A DNA stretch of 64,000 nt from Ophelia neglecta (taxonomy: Eukaryota). The stretch is from contig OZ260666.1 of assembly GCA_965285935.1 (NCBI GenBank), forward strand, positions 40,610,001 through 40,674,000, read 5' to 3'. Position numbers and translations under genes: made by a program. Every line of letters starts with the position of its first letter. Within the stretch, counting starts at the first letter, position 1. A model generated the notes under the pieces. It ran no database searches. It was not told the DNA's origin and saw only the letters and a program-made list of their open reading frames with translations. Positions 13,701-26,448 of this stretch are shown here, one piece after another.

Positions 13701-16350
13701 TTTGGTTAGATATTACACTCTGTTGGTATTAACAATTTATACGGGGAAAAACTGAGAAAGGGTCAGAATTAATCATATTTATATCTTGCTGACTGAAGGT
13801 GGATTAAAACAATGCATTTATGAAAAGTATAGCATCCATCATGATTTTCCGGGAATATCTGTTCAAATTAATTCCATAGTAATCAAAGGCTGAATATTGT
13901 TCTCTGATTTAATTATAAACTCTGTGGTTTGCTCAGAAAAAAGAACAAAAATACCAAGAAAATAGCTTCATCCATGATGGTTTAAATATCCTTAACCTTC
14001 CTCCATTTTTGTCCACACAAGAAATATACTTATGAAACCCACCTTTGATAAGCTCCAGGCCAATAAAATTTATTTTTGCATTTGATTTTGACTAAACTTA
14101 AATATTATTTGTAGATTGAGAAATGCATGTGCTTAACAGGTGATTAAGTTGTGCAGTCACAGTCACATTTAATTGGAGAAGTGAGGTGGTATCACATCAT
14201 GTTATAATTTTTCGAGGATCGGGAGATTTTTAAAAAGAAAAACATCAGAGCTTGCTTGGTGGGGTGCAGTAGGGGCCCAGGGATAACGTCTTTAGGTCAC
14301 CCTCGGGTCCCTGGAGGCACCTTATGGTCATCAGGCAATTTTTATTTTATTCCTGGACCTTATGGTGTCCGGGTGCTGCACTGGTCATGCAATGACTTCC
14401 AAAACCCGAACGGGTCACATCCAATTTTTTGCCAGTGCCCACCAAACACCCTTACTATGTTCTTTGGTTTTTATTGGGTAAACAATTCTCAGGGGCCATG
14501 TGGTGCCCATATCTAATATGACAGCTATCCTTGTAATGTCAGGGACAGCATGAAAATATCTTAAAATATAATAACTTGAAGCTAAAAAAGTAGATAACAT
14601 CTTTTATTTGGCCTGGCACCCTGGGCAAATGTAACTGAGGCATAAATTATATGAGATTAAACATGGTTAACACTAGTGACATGTACTGTAGGCCTAAAAT
14701 ACACCAGTAAACACTTCCAATTTATTTTTAAATATTCACTCTTGACACACACTGAGCACCCCCTCCCCCCCCCCCCTCTCCTCTCATATTTTTTTTCTTA
14801 ACAAGATAATCAAAGCCACCATTAGATAAAATATTGGTTAGATTGTAACGTGCCAAATATAAATTCAGTATAAATAAACTGAAATGAAAAAAAAAACAAA
14901 AACAAATGTGTTTTGCTCTTAGGTCAAGGTCAAAGACTCATTAAAATTGCATTCCACACTTTTTATACCCTTTCCAATAAAAATCAAAGGTCACACTGCC
15001 ACACTAAAAAACTCATTAAACAGGCAATATTACAAAATATTGTGTCACAATTAGATACACTTGATAAATTGATTAGGGCAACCGAACATCACAGTTAAAG
15101 ATTGTGACATCGCCAGGAGAAAAGAGCATCATCCCATTTAGGTGCAAATTCCCAAAGCTCATTTTCCAGCATTAAGTGGTCAGAGGCTTACTTCCTTTCA
15201 CAACTTGTATTACTTACATACAGTTACAACAAACAGCCACATGCATCAAGGACTACCAGAGGTACAAGGCAGGGTGCTTTTTACTTAGGAGCTCAGATTA
15301 GTGGCTTGAATTTATTCATGTATCTGTATTTTATTACTCATAATTTCCAACTGCGGTTAAGTAGCCAATAGCCAAAGTATGGTCATCACACTTAGAGGGT
15401 GATCAAGTACTGAAGTAACATATATTTGGGTTTCTTATTTATCTCTCAAAATACAGTATTTGGAGCCCAGTTTTTCAAAATGTGCCTTGTATTCAATGCA
15501 CTACTTAGTACTAATAATAATTTTTATTTTGGGGAAGTTTAGTTTGGAACGAACAGACAATATTGTACTTGTTAAAGAGTGACCATGGCGCATAGAATCA
15601 GGTATATATGGCCCTCACTTCAACCATTTTTCCTGTAAAACTTTAGGGTTACTAGCCCAAATTTATTTTCTGGTACAGGTACTTGGATAACAGATTTTTA
15701 TCAGCAAAAATGTTCATTGTCTGTTGTAAAAAAAAAAAGAAAACGGTCATTTTGTAATTTTGTTCCTTGTTTCCTGGATTAATTATAAAGTAAATTATTG
15801 TTGATAACTTCACAAATCCCGTCGGCACACCCATGTGAACTGAAACATTACATTAAATAACTTTCACCTAAGTTAAAGCCTAATTCAAAAGAAAAAAAAT
15901 TCTTGCTAAAAGTAGAGGGATATTACTTGCAGAAGACAGAGGAGCTCAGAAAATGTCTCTTCCATCATTCTTTGAAAAAGGTGGGGGCTTTTCTAAATGT
16001 TTGTTTTCTAGTTAATTACAGGTTGGGATAAAAAAAATGTTCCTTTAAAGGACACATATGTCATTTATAGAGTGCATTTATCCATTTATCATCAACAGAC
16101 TGCTTTTTTTTCTTATCCCTCATGAATATATAAAATAAAAGTATAAAGGAAGAGATAGGTAATATAAAGAAAAAGTCATATAAAATCAATAAAACTACAG
16201 CCAGTCACCACAGCAGCTGGGCCAATGTTTTTATTCTTTATTAATGTCTTCATAATGATGGACTACAAAATGTCATGCTGTGCTTATCAGGGGTGACCTA
16301 GAAAAAAAATACCATGCTAATCAACATAGCATTGTCACCAAAAATAAATA

Positions 16351-16529
16351 CAGTGAAACCTGTGAAAGGAGACCAACCCAGGGAATGGGAAATATTGGTC
16401 TAGTTTTGAAGGGGGTCTGTTTAGACAGGTTCTTCTACAAGGAAAAGTGTTCAGTGTGGTCTTTATATTAGTGGTCTGATTTATCATGTGGTCTGAATAT
16501 AGGGGTGGTCTCAAAGGCAGGTTTCACTG
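16351..16529. mobile_element. MITE, Tc1/mariner-pogo-like, 179 bp
   Basis: Perfect 12-bp TIRs CAGTGAAACCTG ... CAGGTTTCACTG flanked by TA on both sides (16349-16350, 16530-16531). Confidence 0.85.
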
Positions 16530-16638
16530 TATATTGAAATGCTAAAGAGGTCAGGGGGGGGGGGAGGGAGGTTAAAAGTTGTCACTGGGACAGTCTAGAT
16601 CATCATCGCACACGGTATCTTGTCTATGCTTTGATATA

Positions 16639-16806
16639 CAGTGAAACCTGTGAATTGAGACCACTCAAGGGAATGGGTCTAGTTTTGAAGGTGGTCTGTT
16701 TAGACAGGTTCTTCTACATGGAAAATTCAGTGTGGTCTTCATATTAGTGGCCTGAATTATCAGGTTGTCTGAATATAGAGGTGATCTCAAAGGCGGGTTT
16801 CCCTTT
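16639..16806. mobile_element. Second, tandem copy of the same MITE with decayed right TIR
   Basis: Starts TA|CAGTGAAACCTGTGAA and shares internal ggtctagttttgaagg.ggtctgtttagacaggttcttctaca. The right end reads aaaggcgggtttcccttt; its coordinate is approximate. Confidence 0.8.
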
Positions 16807-17976
16807 TTATTTAAATGCTACAAAGGTCACTGGGGGGAGGGAGGTTAAAAGTTGTCACCAGGGCAGTCTAGGTCATCATAAACTTTATCTTGTCTATGCT
16901 TAAATATACTGAGTCTTGAATCAGATCCCACACTGAAGCGTTATTGCCATCAGAAGATGGGCACGACATTCAGCATTCTCTGCCACATAAATCAAAAGCT
17001 TGTTAAAAAAAATCGGCTGTGATAGGAAAATCATTACTCAAGGTCTAAGAGTCCCCTGCAAGTATCATATTTGATATGGGGTAATTCAAGGATATTCTGA
17101 TTGTGGCTAAACAGAAATCAGATCCATCCCCTAATTAAAAAATGGAAAAGCCCTAACATATATATTTTTGAACTACAAACTTCAATTGTAAAATGCATTG
17201 TGGATTAAATGACACCAATTGCATGCCATACAAAGTTTCTTTCATCCTAATATATGTTGGCACAACTAGAATGAGGCGAGTGGGGTCCGTGTCATTCACC
17301 CTGGTCAGAAAAATGCCAAAAGCATCTGAAGGTAAGAGCATTCCATAAATCCACCCAACCAAAAGATCATGGGACATGTACCTTATAGGGATTGAATTTG
17401 TGGTTTTGTTGGTAATGGTTTCATTAAGAGTCAGTCTGTTACACTGCCACGAAATCTCAGCTACTGAGCTAAAATACACTTTTTTCCCCACTGCGGCTTA
17501 CATATCCGCCAAATTGAAGCTAATTTTACTCAGATTTTTTTTGTCTGGGAACCTCTTAATGTCACCTATCACCTAACAGTGATGGCAGCTACTGAAGCCT
17601 CCCCCCTCCCCCCCCCCCCCTGTCTCTTCCCCCTGGTAATATTTTTTCAAATGAGTCTCTCAAACAGAAAAGATTTCAAATTTTTCCAGATATCCACAAT
17701 CCATCAAAATTTCTATCTATGCGGTTGCCCAATTAGAAAGGGGTGAGTGGGCCCACTTTGCACACACAATACAAAATTAATAATAATCATTCAGATAACA
17801 TTTTAATTGAGAACAATCCACTTATCATGCTGATGTGATTTCTTTGAACAGAATCATTAACTTTGTCCTATGCACTTTAAGCTGTTAGAATGAGGAGAAA
17901 GGAGAAAGATGATAGACAATACAGTGAACAAAAGTTGAAGACTAATTCTAAATGTTAGCCGCCCTAGAATGTTTAC

Positions 17977-18033
17977 CTTTCATCTTTCTCTTCTTGTTTG
18001 TTCCCACACCTCAGGAGTTGCTTTTCAGCAGTG
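17977..18033 (-). CDS. WDR4: WDR4/Trm82 coding exon 2 (TAEKQLLRCGNKQEEKDE-R), 57 nt, phase 2-2
   Basis: Strong acceptor tttctttctgtttttag| and donor AAG|GTAAAC. The charged peptide resembles the variable acidic/basic loop preceding the GS..ILAS motif of WDR4. It bridges exons 1 and 3 in frame. Confidence 0.72.
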
Positions 18034-21000
18034 CTAAAAACAGAAAGAAAACAAAATTACCGCACTAAAAATGTTAAATATTTATGATGTTTGCTAGTAT
18101 GTTACCAATCGCTATGATCAAATCAATAATCAATACATGGTGATGCAATTTACACATGTTAATCCTTTAAAAAGACATGAACGACTCAAAGGGAAAATAA
18201 AGAGTGCCCCTCACCACCCTAGCCCCATCAAACCTCCACCCCCTCATCTCCATATACCCCCCACCCCACTATCCTCACCCCTTCATAAAGAGGAACTGCC
18301 AATAAAATATTCTTTCATATGCTGGGGTGACATGAACCAATATGTCAGGAACTCTTCAGGGAATTTTGATGTCATCATGCTCATTTACTACACAGCGAAT
18401 GCAGGACTCAACAGCACCATAGGCGACTGTCGTGGACCTAGTTTAAAGTGGACAAGGTACTATTTCAGGAGATGAACTATCTGCAACAAATATATTGGGC
18501 ATCTGAAGTTTATGGACATGATTTTCTTATTTTTAGACTAAGACTTATTTTTAAACATTCTCTGAACTAACTATAATCATACTGAAATACATACAGTAGC
18601 TGCATTTACTCAATGTTGAAAAAATTTGAATTACAACTAGTCAGGATCAACATAATTCATACAAATTACCAATTCAAAATATGGATGTCATTTCATGTCT
18701 TAAAGCCTAAGCCTATTAAGGCAATGCCCGCAGTGTTTACTAAATGCTGATTTTAATTTGATTTTAGAAGATATCACATTTGTGTATCTGGAATTCTGGG
18801 AATAAGTGCAAGTTCATATGTCAGTCATTGGAAGACATTGGATGTTCCTCCAATCCCTCCTACACCCTTCCCATCTGACCATAGGCCTGCAGTGCAGCGA
18901 ACTGAACTAGTTAACAATTGCCCTACTCTGACAATTGCATAGTGTTCAACAATTATATTTGAACATCTTTCTTTCATCAAATATAAAAGAACCAAATTCA
19001 ACCAATATACACATATACAGTCATTAAAATTGGTTTGCTAGAAACACACATACTTCCATAAAAATATCCTCATTGTGCTGGATGCATCCATGATATGCTA
19101 CCAACATAATGTCAGCCCGGAATGGCACATCCAACTGTTACCATCCAGATCTTTTATCAGCTTATCGCTGCTACACCTACGCAAATGTTCAACAAAAATA
19201 ATGAAAAAGCAAAGATGAATAACTTGATTTACTCGAACTTTTTAAAGAGATAATTATAAGCCTCCGCTAACCTGGATGACCTTGGCCCATTTATAAGGTC
19301 ACATTGTTTCCACTTTGTCCTGACCTTCTATGTGGAACCTTCATGTCCCTTGGTGATTGTCCCCCCGGGTAAATTTCTACTTGCTCAACATAAAAATCAA
19401 CTACATTGAGGTTTACGTTTTGATAGCATGGACCTGCTCTGTATGGCATTTTCAGATGGACCCATTTGATAAGGCCATTTTCAGGCCAAAGTCACTCTTG
19501 TCAGTCATTTTTCCAGCCAAACTCACCCTCTCGTATCAGACTTCAACAGCCAATTTATATCATGACTAGCAGGGAAACCTGTGATTTCTAAAAATGACAG
19601 GATAAAAAAGAAAGTTTATAGAACTATTTATATTAAAACAAACTGTATTATCATCAGCATCGCCATCTCAGCATCGGCACCACCAAAATTCAACAGCTGA
19701 TTCTTTTCTGAAGACTCTCATTCAAATATATTATGTATACCGGAGCCCAAAGCTGGCTGCTGCCTCAACCCATACCCCACCAGGGTATATTGTCTTCTCT
19801 TTCGCCCAATCCTACTATTTGACCTTGTTGATTCCCCCTCCCCCCCCTCCCCCCCCCCCCCGTACCATTCCCAACCTCTCTTCCTCCTGAGCAGATGCCA
19901 CACACTATCCTGCTTCTAATAAGTAAATATCTATTCACTCCCTATGTATGTCCCCCCTTTTAGTCAGGCAGCTTAGCTCAGTATATTTGGCTGCAGGCAG
20001 GGAGAAAAATTCTGCACCAGATCAGAGTCCACCCTGGGCCAATCCCAGTTGAGAACGGCTGCATGAACATGTATATTGTCAGTTTATGTCCAGCCGTCTG
20101 AATAAAGTTGCATCTTGGGGTAGAATAGTTGAAAGAACTCGAAGAGTGGGCAAGATGGTCATGGAAGAAGTGGCTGATGGCAGGGGAAAACAGCACAGGG
20201 AGTGCTTAAGTCACAGGTCCGTTTTCCCTGACAGAGGAATTTCTGTGTCGATTGCTGTAGGACGAAATGTGTGTCATGTGACCTTGATGGTCGCCACCTG
20301 TCTGAGTTGCTTCTGATCTATCAATTTTCATCTTTATTTTTTATGTTCATAGTGGTTAGTGGTTTGGATTTATTTAGATACAGCACATTGTTGAAAATAG
20401 ACAAAATGATAATTGAACACACAGTTTGATGTCGTAATAGAATTGCTCTTTTGAACATCCTTTTAAAATGCCTTAGCAAAATACAACTTTGCTTTAAAAA
20501 GGTGAACTTATATCAGCCACATGAAAATGTCAGCTACATTGGTAATCTTTTTTCAAACAAAAATGACATACATTTGTTAATAATCCAATCCTATCAAAAC
20601 TAAAAGCTTTGCTGGAAAGAAACTTATAAATACTTTTCAGAGGTCACTGCAACTCAGTTAATCTCACACAAACTCTCGCATTGTGTTTTATGGCCCTCTA
20701 AGAGGCAACATTAATGAGTTACATGGACTGCCATATTTTTGAGTATGTTGGCCCACCAAACACATGCTACATTCTATGTATGATGAGAAAGCAAGAAACT
20801 AAAAAGTATTTGCACAAAAATCACTCGGAGTAGATGGCCATACTGCATTAATTGACGGCGAAATCACCAGCTGCCAGCTGCTAATGAGAAGGCTGTTTAC
20901 TGCCAATTCACCCTTGTACAGCTCGCTTAGCTGTCAGATTGCACACCATGTGGATCTCCATGACTGCTTTGTACAGACCAATGGTCACATGAGCAAGTTG

Positions 21001-21699
21001 TCACAGGGACGAAATGCAAACCAGCTTTTCAGTGATTTAAAGTGAACTATCTGACCAATCTTCAGCACAATTTTTTTCTGAAAAAGAATTGTGCATGTCA
21101 GAGTTCAGAACTGATGGTGGTACACAGATCGACCTACAGGGAAAGAGAAGCAAAATATTAAAGTCCGAGCAAGCCTTGGAACTTAATAATTGACAGGTCA
21201 CTAAATGGGCGTCTTTAAATGCATAGAAGTTAAAAAGTTGCGGTGTTAACCACAGAGGAGGGTGGATAAGACAGTAAAATGATGTGATATGCATGCAAAC
21301 ATGTTCAGTTTGGGCTGGGGGTAGTTGTGTGTTCATCCACTTTCGGATCTTTAACTTTTTGTGACCCTCAACGAGGTGGGGTGGTAGTGTTGGGAATTGT
21401 TTGCAAAATCAGAATCGACATTAAATTGGTTACCAACAAATAATCGATGATTGGTTGTGATCAGAGGGGGATACTCATTTTAAAAAAGGCTATTTTTTAA
21501 ATATTTGAAGTTTATATTTGACAGGAAATACAGGACGAAAAGAAAAAAAACATAGAAACACACTACTATAATATCTTTGAACGTCTACAACGAAAATTAT
21601 CAAATTTGAGTGATGCAGGGCGCAGGAAGGATGCAGAATAAACAACCTGGGTGAGGCATCTACAGTGAACTGAGATTGAAGCCAAGGGTGATTTTCAAG

Positions 21700-22200
21700 G
21701 GAGATCTATAGCCATATGGCTGGACCGAGAGGCATGCACGTATGCGATGCCTATCGCAGTGTCCGACAAAATCCTGAAGCAACCTTTTATTATCTCTCTA
21801 CGCACAAGCCTCTACCCGAGCGGCAATACACGTGTTTATGTTTAGGAAATCCAAATCGCATGCGGCGCCACTTTTTTGTCACCATCAGCTTGAATTTAAC
21901 AACTGATATCCGAATAAATAAGTCCGATTTGTTATATACGATCGAAATGTTTCTTAGGATTCATTTGCAACCGGGATTACTCACCCTATGGTGAATACGG
22001 CGATATTTTCATCGCTTACACATGCAATTTCTGAGTTGCTGCAAGCTATGGAAGCCATGTTGGGGTCAATATAGGTCAAAGTGGCCGCTTAGACGAAATT
22101 GCTATTAGAAGTACTGTTTTATTTCAACCATTATTTTTAAATCAGGATAACGAAAGAGTAGAAAAATTAAATGTGTTGATTGAATATTACATTAGCGTTA
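21700..22200 (-). promoter_or_regulatory. CpG-rich WDR4 promoter / first-exon region
   Basis: Sharp local rise in CpG around the WDR4 ATG compared with the CpG-poor gene body. Confidence 0.55.
21985..22058 (-). CDS. WDR4: WDR4/Trm82 coding exon 1 (MASIACSNSEIACVSDENIAVFTI-G), ends in phase 2
   Basis: Minus strand reads ccaacATGG (good Kozak), then 24 open codons plus 2 nt, then the consensus donor GG|GTGAGT. It lies in a CpG-rich patch. Its phase-2 end joins in frame to the 17977-18033 exon. Sequence similarity alone is weak, so the call rests on splice signals, phase and position. Confidence 0.75.
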
Positions 22201-22544
22201 CTTAATTTGCCAAATATTCTATAATTAAACATGTAAACAAACTGACAGTTGGTCTTTGTTCTGTACGGCCACTACCGCATTTGAAGGGGGAGGCATCTGA
22301 TGATGTGCTAGTGGGGAGTAAGCTAGTCTCGAAGTGGCATAATATATCACAGTGATACAGATTTTACTTCTATTACAGCTTTTAACAGACTTTGTGATAC
22401 TAAACATAACAATATGCGTCAATGAACGGATATACACGAGTTTCCCTTTTCTTTATTCTTTATCTATTACCTTCCATATGATTAGTATTTATGCTTCAGG
22501 AGTAATTTAAGCCATTAGTCCATTTGATTCACAGTGCGAGTTTT

Positions 22545-22710
22545 CATTCAAAATTTGAGGGGGGGAGGTAAAGATTCTGCAGGGCCTCTGCAGCGGGGGG
22601 GGGGGGGTCTAAGAATTAGCATATTCTCTGACAAGGAGGGGTGATAAATACTCACTCGTACCTTAGCTAGGATTTGTACCCCCCACTCCCAGTAAATGAC
22701 CTCCCCATAA
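22545..22710. repeat. G/C-run-rich partial repeat, possibly a truncated MITE
   Basis: Multiple poly-G tracts and an end (cccccactcccagtaaatgacctccccata) similar in style to the right end of the 8439-8648 element. No matching left TIR was found. Confidence 0.3.
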
Positions 22711-25700
22711 GAGAGAGAGGGGGGGGGGGGGGGGTAATTTTTATACGTTGACCGCATTATCTCCTGTAATATCTTGAGTGAACTGTTATTTAAGTACATC
22801 TGCGCTATTTTGGGGGTACCTTTATTATGTGGGAACAAAAGAAAAAGTATTTAGGCATATATGTATAGATGAGATTTGTGATTTTGTGTCAGGGGGGGGG
22901 GGGTCCGTTTTTGCCTAGTAATTCTTCAGCATATTTGTTTAGCATATTGTAAAGAGTGGACCGAATTAGGCCAACTGCGCAATATAATGATTTACCAATA
23001 CATGAATTATGCCATATACTTCATTCTGGCAAATTAAACTATTTTCCCACCTTTTTCTTTTTGAACAGCTTTTAAAATAATTTATTCTTCTCTACTCTGA
23101 GAATTTAAATGCTCAATGTGTGCTTCCGGCAAAAGGGGAAGGAGCTCAGGCTGCTTAAAACATTATGCAATGTCTCCTCTATTTTTTTTGCAATATTGGT
23201 AGGCCAAGTGACACATAACTTTATACAGAGGCTTATGATATTTGACTTATTTTGAACACATCTAGAAATTGCAGAGAATATATTTTGATAATGAGGAATT
23301 TAACTTTTATTTTTCAAAACGCTATTCCTTGACAAAAGCAAAAAGGTAAATATAAAGAATGGACCAAGTCACCAATATGGTCGGACCTCTTACAGAAGGA
23401 GGTGCTTTTCATCGCCTCACTTCGATATTCATTGGCGATTTGTATGATTCTACAAAATGAATGACAGCAATGACGCAATTTGTGATATTATGATGGCCCG
23501 CTGAAAAACACTTAACTACTCACACACACCAACAAATGATATTTCGTCAATGATATTTATCTTTATATCACAGTATACTAGTATTCAGTGGAGGTTTTGT
23601 TATGCAAAATATCAGAAATGTTTTGAATTAATCTCTAGTTTTCATCACCTGTGATCAACTGCATTTTTCCAGTCATGGAAATTAGATCTATAAGATATCT
23701 GAGGTTAACTGGGCTACAAGCATCACGATTTCAAGTACTAGCTCACAGAACAAATTGTAAGCCTATAGTTATAGCAGTTTCAGCAGTCAACAAAATAAAA
23801 CTACAAAATACCGACGTGAGAGCACTCTCCTCACAGATATGTTTACGTTTTTAGATAAAATTAATATGCCATACTGCTGGTGACAAGGGCTTTCAAAGTT
23901 GTTGGCCATCTGGGATTATAGAATGGAAATTTTATTACTTATGTCATTTTCAGGTTACTGCCTCTTTCTATAGTGCCTAACATACAAGAGCAATAATGGG
24001 CATTTGAATTGATCGTTACAGAATGTGTTCGTTTCCAATGATAATAACCAAGAAGAAAAGAATTCACAGCAACGACTTTGCTCTTCGGAAGAAAAAAAAA
24101 GGGGGAAAAGGCTTTAAAACGCTCTTCATGGCTTAGATCTAAGTTCTTTGTCAGACTTGTAAATTCGTCCGTTTTTTCTTTACTAGTTAAGACGCCCTTC
24201 CTGTCAGATTGATTTGGGGTTGGATGTTTATAATATAATTAAATAATTCCTCGGTTATCTATTATCACTATCCACCTGGAACCCCACCCACCCCACCCCT
24301 CCCTGTTGATTAAGCTTTTTTAACAGTTAAAATATTGTACGAATTCCAGGTTACATAGATTAGCCTGAGTGAATCTGCCGCGTCGAGTTAACCCGCTGGG
24401 ACCTCTGCCACGCATGAGAGCCGACAGCTAAAATGTCGAGCAAGGCAGTTTTTATCATCACAATTTAATTCAAGCCCATTCTAGGAACATTCCCCTTTTT
24501 GCTTTCAGCATATGTCACGCTTGAATAGGGAACATAATTGCCCCACTTGTTCTGGCTGCTGAATGAATGATTAAAAGAGTGTGGTACTAACCAGCTGCTG
24601 TGACGAAGAGCTACACTCTCGAAATCTACCTCCAATTAACCTGTTATGTGGAAATTGCTTAAACAGTTCTCAAAGCCGACACAATGAGCTACAATGGTGC
24701 AAATGGCATATTGTAACATACACAAAGATGTCGCCCAGACAACGGGATTATTTGCAATTTCATAAAGTGCGTCAACAATACAGAGCAGATGACAGTTTTC
24801 GCTGAAAGTTGCACGCCTAAACAAGAAGGGGACTCTTGAAAAACGTCATGTCCATATGGCGTGAAATTAAACTTTTAAGCTATATATAATCTTTTACCAT
24901 GAAAAATCTGTCATGTTTTAAACTATCTTTGTTCTGATTTATCAAAGGATTCGTACAAACTTATACCTAAAGGTTATATCCCTTTATTTTTTTTTTCGTC
25001 TTACATAGGCTAAATTCATTAATAGTTCAATGGTACATGTACATCTCAATTCAGTGCTAGACTAGATTATAACTGATAAGGTGACTTTACGTCCGCAAAC
25101 AAACCGAAATTAGGTAATTTTCTGTATGATATTACTATGATAGCAACCACTCCCCCCCCCCTCCGAGAGAGGAAAATCTCCGTAGTTGACACCCCCAACA
25201 ACTAAATGAGAGTCTGCTTACCAAAGAACCTGAACGCTTGTACCATCACGTGTGGAAAGCCATGAAACTATGGGAACGGAAATGTTGTTTTCAGGCCCAC
25301 TAAATGGGTTCTTTTCTTTAAATATAGGCAAAATATGTTTTAAAATGATCAAATTTTAAGTTAAGATGCATTCATCTATTTAACCCATCAAGTTAATTGC
25401 CCTCCAATCTTAATTGCTTCAAGGCAATTGGTCAAAGATGTCATCAGTAATTAGGCAGTGCTCTTTTGAGTTCCAATCCTGGCGTCGCAGAATGCCAAAT
25501 ATAATTTGATATAATTCAAATTGCCTCCATTGTTTTGACAAATTGGATGCGAGTCACAAACTTCGTGCTAATTTTTTAAATAGATTGGCCACACCCAGTA
25601 AAATAGCTTAATATGGTTGGTTTTCATTTGTGTTTCTCAAATAACGCGCTGTTCATCAGGCTAGCTGAGTACGTGTATGTGATGAACAGAACAAACCACC

Positions 25701-26029
25701 TGCAGGGCGGACGAGACTAGCTGCTTCCTCGAATCGCCACCGGGTCAACTCCCAGGACAAGCTTCTAGGAAAGGGTGTGTGATTTCCATTGTTTGCCTCA
25801 CCATATATAGCTGTAGTTTCTAAAATAAATTTTGACCGTTTGATATTGGTGTTTTTATCACATATTGCTTGGCTGTAGTGTTTAAGAGTCTTTGAAATGT
25901 GTTTCATTTCGGTGAAGTCACAAACTGGTATATGGTACAGTTTGTTGACATGTTGAAACACATTTATTTATGTAACTCATCTGCATAAGAGCACTTTCCT
26001 AGGTTTTACAACTATTCTACGCATATACC

Positions 26030-26448
26030 AGCTTTCTCCGCCCCTTTCTCATTGCTGTGCATCAGAATGCGATGAATTGACGACCTTACGGCCAGAAATG
26101 GTCCCTAATTATCCGTTAAGCGCGCGTCGATGGGCTGAGATCGATATCACCCCACGTGGGTGCGAGTGAGCGCCGAGCGCCACCCCACGCGTTACTCTAG
26201 TCAGAGGAGTGCTCCCCCCGTCGCACCACGCACGCGCACTTGTTTGTTTTGGCTGCGCAGTGGCTACTGCGCAAGGTCGGTGGGTTACAGCTGTCTAAAC
26301 ATGGAGGGAGAAGAAAATTGCAGATTGTTGGTTCCCAAGCGTGCGTAGAACCCCCCTTCGAAATCCGTCAGCCAGTAAAAAGCTTCCTAAGGTATTGGTA
26401 ATTGTCGCTGCATATTAATTAGGTATCGAATCCGCCCTGCTTTGAGGA
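26030..26448 (+). promoter_or_regulatory. CpG-rich ONECUT proximal promoter / 5' UTR
   Basis: Dense CpGs. Palindromic E-box cCCACGTGGg (CACGTG 26153-26158), ATCGAT at 26140-26145, inverted repeat TGCGCAGT-ggct-ACTGCGCA at 26254-26273, and GC/KLF-like CCCCACGC. The TSS cannot be determined from sequence. Confidence 0.65.
26301..26348 (+). other. Candidate upstream ORF (MEGEENCRLLVPKRA*)
   Basis: aaacATGG strong Kozak context, 15 codons then TAG, ending 100 nt before the ONECUT ATG. It is a uORF only if the TSS is upstream of 26301. Confidence 0.4.

Larger units (their letters stand above)
16351..16909. repeat. Diverged tandem duplication, about 288-bp unit x2 (MITE plus about 110 bp of right flank)
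   Basis: The flank aaatgcta..ggtca..ggggagggaggttaaaagttgtcac..cagtctag.tcatcat..tatcttgtctatgct follows both MITE copies. Confidence 0.85.
2295..17976 (-). other. WDR4 intron 2 (15,682 nt)
   Basis: GT..AG boundaries between reconstructed exons 2 and 3; depends on the exon 2 call. Confidence 0.7.
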
